IMG/VR virus record: IMGVR_UViG_3300025151_000045
Coordinates: 1 to 55,316 of that record
Source: a virus
Taxonomy: Duplodnaviria > Caudoviricetes
Direction: 5' to 3' (one strand)
Length of the DNA stretch: 55,316 nt
Shown here piece after piece: positions 18,031 through 27,950 of the stretch (the first letter of the stretch is position 1; each line of letters starts with the position of its first letter). The notes under the pieces are model-generated. The model saw nothing but the letters and a program-made list of their open reading frames with translations. It was not told where the DNA came from and ran no database searches. The translations under genes and the position numbers were made by a program.

Positions 18031-21000
18031 TTAACAAAGTTGTTTTGAGGTTACTCTAGTATTTGATCCCACAGTTTCTACATAGCATATTTCATTTGGC
18101 GAGGTAGATAGTCTAAACCACCCTGGAGCTAATACCCCCAAAGATGTTCCACTCTGATCCAAAAATATGTTGTCTCCAATTTCAGGAAGCGTACCAGTAC
18201 CATCATGATAATACGTTTGATTATATACAGGGACTGAACATATAGTAGTAAAATCTGCCATAGGTCTAGTTGAAGAAAATGATTTATACTCTGTACAAGT
18301 AGTACACTCACAGCAAACATCATCTATACTCGAACCATCGTAACATAAATCAAGTAACGTAGATTGCCTGTAATCAAAAACTAAATACAAGTAATCATTA
18401 GTGCTAGATGCAGGCATAGTAAATGAACCTCTATAGGTTTGTGGTGCATTACTAGTGTCTGTAGTGACAGGAGTAGCTAAAGACAATAATGTATTGATAT
18501 CAGCTGGAGTATTAGTATATTCTGTTGAAGAAACTAAATATGCAAAATTATCTGTGGCTGTATCAAAAACAAAGTTGTCAGGAGAAATTTGGCGTGAAGA
18601 CATAAACACAACACTTCCATCAATAGGTATAGATGGCGTTCCTTGTGCACCTGACAATACTTGATATTGAGAAACAATAGGAAAGGATCCAGATCCAAAA
18701 ACTACAGCTTGTGAATTTAAAGGTGAAAAAACAGTTGAAGATAAATAGCTGTGTCCATTATGAATACTTTGCCCTGCCTCACTCTGACTTGTCACACATA
18801 CTGAAATAACATTTAATATCTTAGGTACAGGACATTCAAAATTAAAAGTAAATGTAGAAACAGTAGCGTTTCCAGTAATAACAATGTCAGCTGTTTGAAT
18901 ATGAGGTATATCTTTATTAAAAGAAATAGATCCAGATGCAGTAACGTTAGTCTGTGTAGTATCTATACTGTTGTAGGTTACCTTGATGTCAATATCAGAA
19001 CCTGCTAAATCTTCAGTATAGTTCATTACAGCACTACCTACAGCACTATCGTAATCAACACAAAACCTAACCACCTGACCAGCTGTTACAGTTATTTCTT
19101 TTCTACCCCCACAACTAAAACATGGCTCATTAATAGGTATCTCAGTTTCGTTGGAGTGTAAAATATATTCATCCATATAAGGATCATAACCACCTAGTTT
19201 CTGCGTGTAAAAAGATCCTTGAAATAAATCTCTAAACCAAGAGTCCATACCCACTTCAGATACTACGTCAAGCTTTTCTGCTTGCCCTGCACCATCCAGT
19301 TTTAATACCACTCCTCTTTTTGCATCAGTAAAGAACTTCTCTCTTCCCCATTGAACATAACTTTCTGGATTAAAACTTATACCATACTTTTCAGTTCTAG
19401 CAATTTGAGTTCCTAAAACCTCAGGGACAGAAGTAATTGCACCACCACCAGTAGAGTCACTCAACAAGTTTTTCCCCACTAACACATAAGATATTCTATC
19501 TTCTTGCAAAACCAACATGTCTGTTTCTCTTGCATCTAAAACTTGAATATCCCCAAACGTCTGTTCTAAAGTTTTAAAATTTGCTAATCCTAAATTAAAT
19601 TCATTTAATCTATTTATGTTTTGTTCTTGACTATAAGTTCCACTATAAGTTACATCAGCAAACCTTCTAATAGCTCTATAGTTTTCATCTGTGGTTATAT
19701 TAGTTCTATTTCCAAATAAAAAGAATTGCTGACTTAAAGAATCTAATATTCTAAAACTTTCCACGCCATTGCCAAAAGTAAAACAATTGTAAAAATCTAA
19801 ATTAATAACCCCCTCTGTGCCAGCTGCAATATCTTGACTTACATCGTTGTTAGCAGTTATACCTAAGTGATTACCATTAGCATCTATACCATAAGTCTCA
19901 GCACTTTCGTAATAAAGATCAGCATTAGCATCTGTAGGAATAGTTTCAAAAACAATAGTGTTGGGGTTTTTTGTAACTACAATCTCAACCTCTAAAGAGT
20001 TGCCCTTTTTTCTACCACTGCAAAATGGATATCCACCAACTACTCGCATGAATAAATAATCTTGTCCAGCAGTAGCATTTGGAACCTCGTAAAATTGAAT
20101 TTGAGATGTGCCTTGCAATGCTAAATAACTATCACTTCCTGGATCAATTTGGAATGTACCACTAGATGTGCCTTGAGCTAGTGTAGAATAGTACACAGCA
20201 GCTCCAGATCCAGCGTCATCTATGCAATCTATAGTGTCATCAGGAGAGTTTTGCCATCTCGCTACCAATCCCTCTCCTTCAAAAAACTCTTGAAAGTTAG
20301 GGTAATTAGCACTAGAGACAATACTTACTGGTGTTATATCATTAGTACCTAGCAGTGATTCTTTAGCACCACATGTGTCCTTGCATTTCTTTTGAGCATC
20401 TCTTCTTACTCTTACATATATGTCAACTATATCTCCAGCCTCTACAGTCCATCTAGTTGCTGTGGCAGCTGATCCTGAATATACTGGATAATCAACAAAC
20501 AAGTAATCTTTATCTCCAGAACCCACTAAAGAAGCTCCATTAGTGTCTCTATCTTTTTTACTAGTTACATCTATGTTTCCACTTGTAAACACCTGAGTCA
20601 AGCTATTGTCAGCACTAAAACAACTTTCCTTAACTTTCATGTAGACGCCAGCTCTTTGATTAGTAACCTCAACATTACTAGGATCTGTTCCAGTTAAAAA
20701 GTTTCTTTCTTTATTTTGCTTGTCTAAAACCTCAACTTCACAGCATCTATCTACAGGTCCATTAACATCAGCCTTAGGTCTAAGGAAATCTCCAACCTCT
20801 ACTTTTTGTTGGTTTTCTCCCTCCAATTGTATCCAGGTAATATTGGTTCCTGTTTCAGCGTACCAGTTAGTTGCGTATATGGTTTGATATAAATATCTAT
20901 CAGGTTTTATGTACCACCTATAAAACTTAGCCCATGAAGGTGCTTGTTGACTTATAGGAATGTTAGCCACTAAAGTATTTTTAAAACCTACAGCAGAGCA

Positions 21001-22857
21001 AGGCACATAGACACTGTTGTTTTCACTCACCTGAACTGTAGACTGTCTTCCAAACTCATCTAAGTAAGCAATCCCTACCTCATAATTTCTGTCAGTATGT
21101 AAACTTTTATTACTTGTTACATTTTGAGAATAACCAGTTGCTCCTGTTATTTGAAAGGTTTCAGCAAGTAAGGGGTTTAAGTTTGTTGTCTCTTTGTAAG
21201 AGGCAGCTAGTATTCTAAATGAAACAGTGTTGTTTCCTGGAGAGCTAGGAACATACATTGATTCTCCACCATTAGATCCATTGTATCCTGTCCTAAATAT
21301 TGTCCAGGTATTTGAAGCTGAAGTCTTAGGCGTACTGATGTTGCAGTTATAAACATCTGTTAGCGTGCCTCCTAAAGCACAATTATTTACCTGCTGTATG
21401 TTAGTAACTGCTGGATTAGTGTTAGTTAGGTTAGCCCCTATTGCTGATCTAAATTCTGAACTATTTACCACGTCATATACAGTTGCATAGGTTTGTGGTA
21501 GAGTATAAGTTAACTCTATGGTAAATGGTGAGTTACCACCAGTGGGGGCGTCTATAGCTGGTGGAGGCGTATAAAGGGATTGAGTTACATAGTTATGGTG
21601 TTCTATGTTTATAGAAAAATACCATATGGTATTAATATTTAATTCTGCGTTAGATAAATCAAAAGTAACTGTTTGATTAGTAAACGTTCCTTGACTATTA
21701 CCTAAGATAGAAACAGCACCACTTGCAAAACTTGTGGTAAAAGCATTAAAATTTATCGCCTCTCCATTCTGCTCTAAAATGTAATCCATGTTAGTAAGAG
21801 CACCACTACTGGTAGTAAGGTCGTATCCTTCTAAATAATTACCATACATTATTCTATTACCCATTAATGTTTGAGCTTGTGCTAATCTTGGCACATTATC
21901 AAAAAGTCTTAACACTTCAGACTCAGGAAGTATGGTGTATGTTTTACTATTGTCAAAAGCAATAGTGTGTAAAGTGTTGTCAGGAAGATCTTTATCAACC
22001 CTTTCTACTACTCTAATAAAATTGTCATCTGCAAACTTAAAACATATGTCATAGCCAACCACTTCTTCAGGTCCAGTATTAACAGTTACATCAACAGCGT
22101 TAAATTCATTTAACATGCCACTGTTAGTAAAGTTGTCAGTGTTTATAAAAAATGGTCTAGGATCAAAAGCGATCTGAGTAAATGGTGATAAAGAACTATA
22201 TTGCCCATCCTGATATTTATATCTATAAGCAAAACTTACAAACCTATCCTCTAAATAATTAACATTATGCTGGGTGTTAAGAAGATCAATAGTTGGAGCC
22301 AACATAGGTGGCTTTTTAATGACATAAATTAAATGTTCATTACCATTATCCAAACTAGCACCATAAGACCTTTTAACGTTTAACTGTTTGGGAGGATTAT
22401 AGTTATCTGTAAAAAACAATAAGTCCTCTATAATATTAACACTATTGATGAGGTATTTAGGATTAAAGTTTAACGCAGTTCTAATACCTGATCCATCATC
22501 TATAGATTGAACTATGTATGTAAGTGTAGATGAGCTTACATTAAAAGAAACTATTAAGTCAGCTATATTAGTTGAAGATACTGGATTAGCAGGATCATGA
22601 ACAAACCAGTAGAGAGTTTCATTAGCACCATCTTCAAAAGCACCTATACATATAGCTTGAGATGATAAAGCCTGACCTCCATAACTTAATGTGGTAATAG
22701 CAGCATTACCCTTAGTGTTTTCTAAAGATCCAATATCTGTTAGCTCAGTATTACCTACCCTAACATTTAATGCATCAATATACTCACCATCTGGCAATAA
22801 GCGTTCATCAACGCTTTTATTCATCCTACCTTTTATAAAACTACGAACTAACTTCAT
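18031..22857 (-). CDS. tail muzzle/stabilisation (P22 gp10-like) protein, 1608 aa
   Basis: N-terminal FIKGRMNKSVDERLLPDGEYIDALN, FAYRYKY, NGVES and YGISFNPES motifs recalled from crAss/phi38:1-like muzzle proteins. Confidence 0.7.
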   Translation of the reverse strand: MKLVRSFIKGRMNKSVDERLLPDGEYIDALNVRVGNTELTDIGSLENTKGNAAITTLSYGGQALSSQAICIGAFEDGANETLYWFVHDPANPVSSTNIADLIVSFNVSSSTLTYIVQSIDDGSGIRTALNFNPKYLINSVNIIEDLLFFTDNYNPPKQLNVKRSYGASLDNGNEHLIYVIKKPPMLAPTIDLLNTQHNVNYLEDRFVSFAYRYKYQDGQYSSLSPFTQIAFDPRPFFINTDNFTNSGMLNEFNAVDVTVNTGPEEVVGYDICFKFADDNFIRVVERVDKDLPDNTLHTIAFDNSKTYTILPESEVLRLFDNVPRLAQAQTLMGNRIMYGNYLEGYDLTTSSGALTNMDYILEQNGEAINFNAFTTSFASGAVSILGNSQGTFTNQTVTFDLSNAELNINTIWYFSINIEHHNYVTQSLYTPPPAIDAPTGGNSPFTIELTYTLPQTYATVYDVVNSSEFRSAIGANLTNTNPAVTNIQQVNNCALGGTLTDVYNCNISTPKTSASNTWTIFRTGYNGSNGGESMYVPSSPGNNTVSFRILAASYKETTNLNPLLAETFQITGATGYSQNVTSNKSLHTDRNYEVGIAYLDEFGRQSTVQVSENNSVYVPCSAVGFKNTLVANIPISQQAPSWAKFYRWYIKPDRYLYQTIYATNWYAETGTNITWIQLEGENQQKVEVGDFLRPKADVNGPVDRCCEVEVLDKQNKERNFLTGTDPSNVEVTNQRAGVYMKVKESCFSADNSLTQVFTSGNIDVTSKKDRDTNGASLVGSGDKDYLFVDYPVYSGSAATATRWTVEAGDIVDIYVRVRRDAQKKCKDTCGAKESLLGTNDITPVSIVSSANYPNFQEFFEGEGLVARWQNSPDDTIDCIDDAGSGAAVYYSTLAQGTSSGTFQIDPGSDSYLALQGTSQIQFYEVPNATAGQDYLFMRVVGGYPFCSGRKKGNSLEVEIVVTKNPNTIVFETIPTDANADLYYESAETYGIDANGNHLGITANNDVSQDIAAGTEGVINLDFYNCFTFGNGVESFRILDSLSQQFFLFGNRTNITTDENYRAIRRFADVTYSGTYSQEQNINRLNEFNLGLANFKTLEQTFGDIQVLDARETDMLVLQEDRISYVLVGKNLLSDSTGGGAITSVPEVLGTQIARTEKYGISFNPESYVQWGREKFFTDAKRGVVLKLDGAGQAEKLDVVSEVGMDSWFRDLFQGSFYTQKLGGYDPYMDEYILHSNETEIPINEPCFSCGGRKEITVTAGQVVRFCVDYDSAVGSAVMNYTEDLAGSDIDIKVTYNSIDTTQTNVTASGSISFNKDIPHIQTADIVITGNATVSTFTFNFECPVPKILNVISVCVTSQSEAGQSIHNGHSYLSSTVFSPLNSQAVVFGSGSFPIVSQYQVLSGAQGTPSIPIDGSVVFMSSRQISPDNFVFDTATDNFAYLVSSTEYTNTPADINTLLSLATPVTTDTSNAPQTYRGSFTMPASSTNDYLYLVFDYRQSTLLDLCYDGSSIDDVCCECTTCTEYKSFSSTRPMADFTTICSVPVYNQTYYHDGTGTLPEIGDNIFLDQSGTSLGVLAPGWFRLSTSPNEICYVETVGSNTRVTSKQLC

Positions 22858-23780
22858 TATTTAATCCATTTAGCTTGCCCTCTTAAGTTCATTAAAAGCC
22901 TGCCAGGATGAATGTTACTCAATCTTATTTTGGCATTTCTTAATAGAGCAGATTTATTTTTTTGAGTTCTTCTTACTATGTATTCCTGAACCCCTACTTT
23001 ACTTTTTAAAATAGCATATTCTATATATGCATACACATATTCTTCAAACAATTTATTAACTGTTATTTTGCTATTGTCTCCATTGTATAAGCCATCAGAT
23101 ATGTACTCTAAAATGCAGGACTCACCTGACATTCCAGAACTAAAATTTATAACGCCAGCTTTTTGATCAATCCTAAATGTAGGGTTTTGGTTTGCTGTTT
23201 CTGTGTTTAATCCAAATCTTGCACCAATGTTATAATCAAAATACCAGCACCCATCAATATTCCATCCATCCATTCCATGGTAAGGACTCCCTTCGTTTAA
23301 GTAAATACTTGTTTTTGTTTTATCTAATCTTGCCTGATCTATTTCTGAGTTGTTTGGACGTAAAACATTTCCATCAGCGTCAAACAAAATCTTACAATTA
23401 TTGTCTTGCAGATATGCATCAGAGCTAATAGCTTGAATATTTTCAGTTAAAGGGAATAAAGTTCCATTCTTCCATAGTGATATTCTAATCCAATTAACAT
23501 AATCTGGTGGTAAAACAAAACGCAAGTTTTCACACACATCTAATTGTAAAACCTTAGTTTCTTTAAATGCATCGTAATTTAATTCTTGAATAGCTCGTTT
23601 AGCATGAAATAATATTTTGTATCTCTCCTCATTATTTACTAAGGAGTGATTGCCCTGATACATTAATAAAAAATTATTAACAATATCTTCCAATGAAACA
23701 TATTGGTATGAACCCCAGTTAGCATTTTCTGGAGCTACTCCTCCATTCTCATAATATTGATACGCTGATATATATGCCAT
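22857..23780 (-). CDS. tail ring/adaptor protein
   Basis: LPPDYVNWIRIS motif; located between capsid and muzzle genes. Confidence 0.6.
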   Translation of the reverse strand: MAYISAYQYYENGGVAPENANWGSYQYVSLEDIVNNFLLMYQGNHSLVNNEERYKILFHAKRAIQELNYDAFKETKVLQLDVCENLRFVLPPDYVNWIRISLWKNGTLFPLTENIQAISSDAYLQDNNCKILFDADGNVLRPNNSEIDQARLDKTKTSIYLNEGSPYHGMDGWNIDGCWYFDYNIGARFGLNTETANQNPTFRIDQKAGVINFSSGMSGESCILEYISDGLYNGDNSKITVNKLFEEYVYAYIEYAILKSKVGVQEYIVRRTQKNKSALLRNAKIRLSNIHPGRLLMNLRGQAKWIK

Positions 23781-24649
23781 TATCTAGTTCTTTTTGTTGG
23801 TAAATTTACACTCTCCTCAGCATCTTGCTCTTTCTGTTCAGCTTGCCCAAAGTTTACAACTGCAATTTCTCTAATAGACATGCCTGCGTACTGAAGTATC
23901 TTATTAACTATGTCTGTTGAATCTGACAATGGCAATTCAAAGTCTTGATAATTAGCAAGTGATGGGTTAAATATAGCCTCTCCTGTCTCTGCACCAGCAG
24001 CATCTGTTAGCGTTGAATATGTCCAGTTTGGTGTTTTAGGATATCTAACGTAAGTTAGTCCACAAGATAATGTGCATCCAGATGTAGGTGCTGGAAACAA
24101 AGTAATTTGATTACTTAAATTACCATACGTTCCACCTGGAGGAGCTCCTGATCCTGGACCTTCTGTAGCAGGATATCCTTGTTGTGTAAGAATATAAGCT
24201 GGAAAAAGAGTTGATGGTGCAGTTAAATTAGATCTTAACAACCTTCGTATTTGATATTCACTTACTCGTTCTGCTTCCTTATTTGCAACATCGTCAGATG
24301 CTCTAGAACAGTTTTGCCCCCAAATAACCTCTACGAAAGTATACCAATCATTAGGTAAGTCAAATGTTTGTGTAGATACTTGAGGGGTAAGAGATAGTGA
24401 CAAGTTTTGAAATTGAGTAAACGTATCTATAACTTCTTGTATCTGTCTGTTAATATCAGCACTTTCAGTTCCAGAAAGTCTTTGGTTCTCTGCGTTAATC
24501 TGCTTGTTAAATTCATAAAAATAATCCTGAAATAAATCTAACTGTGCCTGCTCTGCAAACAAGTTAAAGTCTATTGGGGATATATATCCATAGTTATTTT
24601 TATTAAGAATAGAGAGTACAGTTTCTCTAACACGATTTATCATTGACAT
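23780..24649 (-). CDS. tail ring/head-tail connector protein
   Basis: NKNNYGYISP.DFNLFA.QAQ, LPNDW and YVRYPK.P motifs; position. Confidence 0.6.
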   Translation of the reverse strand: MSMINRVRETVLSILNKNNYGYISPIDFNLFAEQAQLDLFQDYFYEFNKQINAENQRLSGTESADINRQIQEVIDTFTQFQNLSLSLTPQVSTQTFDLPNDWYTFVEVIWGQNCSRASDDVANKEAERVSEYQIRRLLRSNLTAPSTLFPAYILTQQGYPATEGPGSGAPPGGTYGNLSNQITLFPAPTSGCTLSCGLTYVRYPKTPNWTYSTLTDAAGAETGEAIFNPSLANYQDFELPLSDSTDIVNKILQYAGMSIREIAVVNFGQAEQKEQDAEESVNLPTKRTR

Positions 24650-24667
24650 TTTTCAACCTATTTCTTA

Positions 24668-24675
24668 CAAAGATA
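24668..24675 (-). promoter_or_regulatory. -7 promoter element TATCTTTG
   Basis: Consensus directly downstream of the terminator and upstream of ATG 24649. Confidence 0.6.
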
Positions 24676-24678
24676 ACC

Positions 24679-24711
24679 AAAAAAAAAGAGCACCTTAAAA
24701 AAGTGCTCTTT
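24679..24711 (-). terminator. intrinsic terminator
   Basis: AAAGAGCAC/GTGCTCTTT stem with a T-run on the minus strand. Confidence 0.8.
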
Positions 24712-24732
24712 AGTAGTAGTGAGTAAAATGAA

Positions 24733-25278
24733 TTAAGTTAATTCAATACCAATAACCTTGATGTCATCAGCTGAAATTAATGCATCTCCTATTTCGTTAT
24801 AAGATGGCTCATTCCATTTAGTCTGTAAAGCTCTAACAATTTGTGATTGAACAGTGTCTCTAGCCACCTCACTGCCAGCAGCAATTGGGGTGTGAGTCAA
24901 TGTAATTAAATCATTACCACTAGTAGGGGCATCATACGCTATAGTAGTAGTACTAGTAGAAAGTTGTTCTACTAACCCTACATCAACACCTGAAACCAAT
25001 ACGCCAGTTGAGGCAGTTCCTGAATGAATAAAGAAAGTTTTCCCTGAAACTACAGGAATTACTGCTGATGGCTCTAACTTAGCTAATGTTAAATTGTTGT
25101 CATCAACTTTAGTTAAAACTTCGTAATAATAATTGTCAGTGGATTGATGTAAGATATCTCCAGGGCTTACATTGGCAAATAAATTACCTGTTGTTTTTAT
25201 ATCTACACCAATACTAGGTGTTGTGGACGTTCCAGTTACAACTAAGTCTTGCACTGGTATATTTAAAAACTTTTCCAT
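24733..25278 (-). CDS. putative auxiliary capsid protein, paralogue of 25283-25564 with an inserted beta domain
   Basis: Shares M.KFL.IPV, EQ.ST.T.TI.Y, TLTH and ALQ..W with its neighbour. Confidence 0.6.
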   Translation of the reverse strand: MEKFLNIPVQDLVVTGTSTTPSIGVDIKTTGNLFANVSPGDILHQSTDNYYYEVLTKVDDNNLTLAKLEPSAVIPVVSGKTFFIHSGTASTGVLVSGVDVGLVEQLSTSTTTIAYDAPTSGNDLITLTHTPIAAGSEVARDTVQSQIVRALQTKWNEPSYNEIGDALISADDIKVIGIELT

Positions 25279-25282
25279 AATA

Positions 25283-25564
25283 CTAAGTTAATGCGATTCC
25301 ACTTACTGCGAAAGGCAGGTTAGAAACTGGTTTAGTAACATCTCTCCAAGGCTGTTGTAAAGCTAGCACAACTTCATCTTGAATTTTATCTCTCATTGTT
25401 TCTACTCCTGCACCAGCAGTAGCATGAGTTAGAGTTGCTATCTTTCCAGATCCATAAGAAATAGTCACTGTTGTAGTAGACGCTTGCTCAATTAATTTAA
25501 TGTCATTACAGGAAACGAGCTGATTTTGTTCCCCTGTGACTGGTATACTTAAAAACTTTTGCAT
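25283..25564 (-). CDS. putative auxiliary capsid protein
   Basis: Start MQKFLSIPV at 25564 inferred from the paralogue and the upstream promoter. Confidence 0.6.
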   Translation of the reverse strand: MQKFLSIPVTGEQNQLVSCNDIKLIEQASTTTVTISYGSGKIATLTHATAGAGVETMRDKIQDEVVLALQQPWRDVTKPVSNLPFAVSGIALT

Positions 25565-25594
25565 GTTTAAAAAATTAAGTTGGTTAATAATAAA

Positions 25595-25602
25595 CAAAGG
25601 TA
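25595..25602 (-). promoter_or_regulatory. -7 promoter element TACCTTTG
   Basis: Consensus in the intergenic gap. Confidence 0.55.
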
Positions 25603-25627
25603 ATAAAAAAACCTCAGTCAATATCCT

Positions 25628-26404
25628 TTAAGATTCTAGGTAATTTTCAAGTTGTTTTTCTAAAATCTTTAAAGTTTCTAACCCATCGTCAGACTGTAAA
25701 AAAGAAGCTAATATGTAATCCTTACTTTCTCCATAAGGGACAGTAAGAACTTTCTTCTTATTGGTTTTTAGGTTAAAATAAACATCTTTATTGTTCTTAT
25801 AAGAAAGAATACCATAAGTAAAGAAGTCATGAACTTTAGATACTAACTCTAACATAGGATCATTTAACACATCCATAAAGTCTGAAGGATGTTGTCTAGC
25901 AAAAAGTAGAACATCACGCTTTACTTCTGCTGAACTCATCTTATCTGTATTAGCACCTAACGCTGATCTAGCCACTTGCACAGCCCTGTTAATGTCTAAT
26001 TCTCTAGCTGCAATTAAAGCATCTACTTCAGTAGTAATTCTAGCCACCTCAATATTTGCATCTTTCTCTTCATTTACCTCTTCAAAAAGATATCCATTGT
26101 CTGGATGTAGGTGTAAAAACTTTTGTAATACTTGATTTTCTTTACGCACAGTTAAAAAACCATCTTCAAAAACAATAGGCTGCATGATTGCGTTACCATC
26201 TTGCTCATCTTCATAAGGTGATTTTTGATTTATAGCATATCTTAATGGTCTGTTTTGACCTAAAGATTCATCGAAATATAAAAGGGGTTTTCTTTTAGTG
26301 TGTTTAGAAAGTAACATATACACCAAGGGTGCAGCATCTCTTTTAAGTTTATAGATCTTATCTACATACTTATTCTTAACTGGTTTGTTTTTTGTTTTTT
26401 GCAT
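25628..26404 (-). CDS. conserved hypothetical protein downstream of the capsid gene
   Basis: 258-aa ORF in the structural block. Confidence 0.7.
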   Translation of the reverse strand: MQKTKNKPVKNKYVDKIYKLKRDAAPLVYMLLSKHTKRKPLLYFDESLGQNRPLRYAINQKSPYEDEQDGNAIMQPIVFEDGFLTVRKENQVLQKFLHLHPDNGYLFEEVNEEKDANIEVARITTEVDALIAARELDINRAVQVARSALGANTDKMSSAEVKRDVLLFARQHPSDFMDVLNDPMLELVSKVHDFFTYGILSYKNNKDVYFNLKTNKKKVLTVPYGESKDYILASFLQSDDGLETLKILEKQLENYLES

Positions 26405-26427
26405 TTTATTTTATTTAATTAAATTTT

Positions 26428-26456
26428 AAAAAAGGGGGAGGCGTTAACCTCCCCTT
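26428..26456 (-). terminator. intrinsic terminator after the major capsid gene
   Basis: GGGGAGG/CCTCCCC stem (26435-26454) followed by a T-run on the minus strand. Confidence 0.8.
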
Positions 26457-26470
26457 AATTGTAATCAATA

Positions 26471-27925
26471 CTAATCTTCCATCAAGAAGAAGTTGTTAGC
26501 ACCTAAAGTACAAACAGCTCTTTCAGATAAGAAGTTTACTTCCATAACATCTTTTCCAGAAGTTCTTGCACCACCAGCAGAACCAGTAATCCAAGTTTTG
26601 TAACGTCTGTCTTCAGTTTCAGAAGCTCTGTAACGAACATGAAGGAAAGGTCTTTTAGCGTTCTTCCCTAAGATTTGATCATAAACAGTAGTAGAACCTG
26701 CAGGAACCATAAGTCCATAGATTTTACCAGCGTTAATACCACCTCTCATAGAAGCATCGTTAAGATATTTCCAGTCAGATTTGTAGAAGTCATAACCTCT
26801 TCTAAACCCTGTGAAACCAAGGTTAAGAGCCATTTCTTCATCATTGTCAAATAATCCATAAGAAGTACCACCTGCACCATAAGAATTTTGAGCAGCTAAC
26901 ATGTCATCAATGTCAAAGCTTAATTCTCTGTTTACAAATAATACATTCTCTTCGATAGAACCTTGCTTATCTAATCTCTGAATAATTGCATCAAAGTCAG
27001 CTAAAGCAGCTGGAGCACCTTGGAAAACATTTCCTCTGTTTTTAACAACATAGAAAACACCTTGAGATCCACCTTGACCATCTGTACCACCTGCATTACC
27101 AAAGAATTTAGCAGCACCAGATGCGTTGTCAGCTGGAACAGCTTCAACCATCGCAGTCTCTAAATAATCATCATATCTCATTCGAGTATCAGACTCAGAT
27201 TTTAAATACCAAAGGTATCCATTTGCTCCTTGCTCAGATGTAATTTCAATCCAACCAATTTGAGCCATATCTGAACCATTAACAGCGTACTTGTCTTTAA
27301 TGATTATTGGGTTATTTTCAAAGATGTAGTCATCAGATTCTAAGCTATCTTCCATAGAATCAGTTCCTTTTTTGAACTCTGATCCATAAATGAAAACAGT
27401 TAAAGTATCTGTTGTTGCAAATGTTTGACCACCTGTCTCATAGTAAGCTACATCAAAAGTACCAGCTGCATAATTAACATCAGTAACCACAGCTTTATTA
27501 AATAAAGTTGAAGCACCTGTATTTGCTGAAATCATTACAGTTTGGTTTTTTCTAATAGCAATACCACCTTGACCAGCAGTAGTTGTTCCACCACCTGCAA
27601 GGGTAGGGGCTAATGTGTCACTTACAGTAATAGTTGCTGTTTCTGAAGCAGCAGCTGAACCTGAAGCACAGTCTACATATTTAATGTGCAATCTGCCTTG
27701 TTCTGCCCATTTAATAAGGTCAGAGTTAGAAGGCATTTCTGCTCCTACCATTCTTAGGAAAGAGCTTATACTTCTATTACCATATCTTTCAAATTCTTTT
27801 TCATAAGTATCAGGTAAATACTGATTCATGAAATTAAAATCTGCGTTAGTAAGGTAATTAGTACTAAGGGCTACTCGTTCTGCACTTGGAATCAAGTCAA
27901 ACCCTGGAGTTGCTAATACACTCAT
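26471..27925 (-). CDS. major capsid protein
   Basis: 484 aa after portal and scaffold, followed by a terminator; W.EQGRLH and GSEF.KG motifs. Confidence 0.8.
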   Translation of the reverse strand: MSVLATPGFDLIPSAERVALSTNYLTNADFNFMNQYLPDTYEKEFERYGNRSISSFLRMVGAEMPSNSDLIKWAEQGRLHIKYVDCASGSAAASETATITVSDTLAPTLAGGGTTTAGQGGIAIRKNQTVMISANTGASTLFNKAVVTDVNYAAGTFDVAYYETGGQTFATTDTLTVFIYGSEFKKGTDSMEDSLESDDYIFENNPIIIKDKYAVNGSDMAQIGWIEITSEQGANGYLWYLKSESDTRMRYDDYLETAMVEAVPADNASGAAKFFGNAGGTDGQGGSQGVFYVVKNRGNVFQGAPAALADFDAIIQRLDKQGSIEENVLFVNRELSFDIDDMLAAQNSYGAGGTSYGLFDNDEEMALNLGFTGFRRGYDFYKSDWKYLNDASMRGGINAGKIYGLMVPAGSTTVYDQILGKNAKRPFLHVRYRASETEDRRYKTWITGSAGGARTSGKDVMEVNFLSERAVCTLGANNFFLMED

Positions 27926-27950
27926 TTTTTCATTTTTTTAGTTTAAAAAT

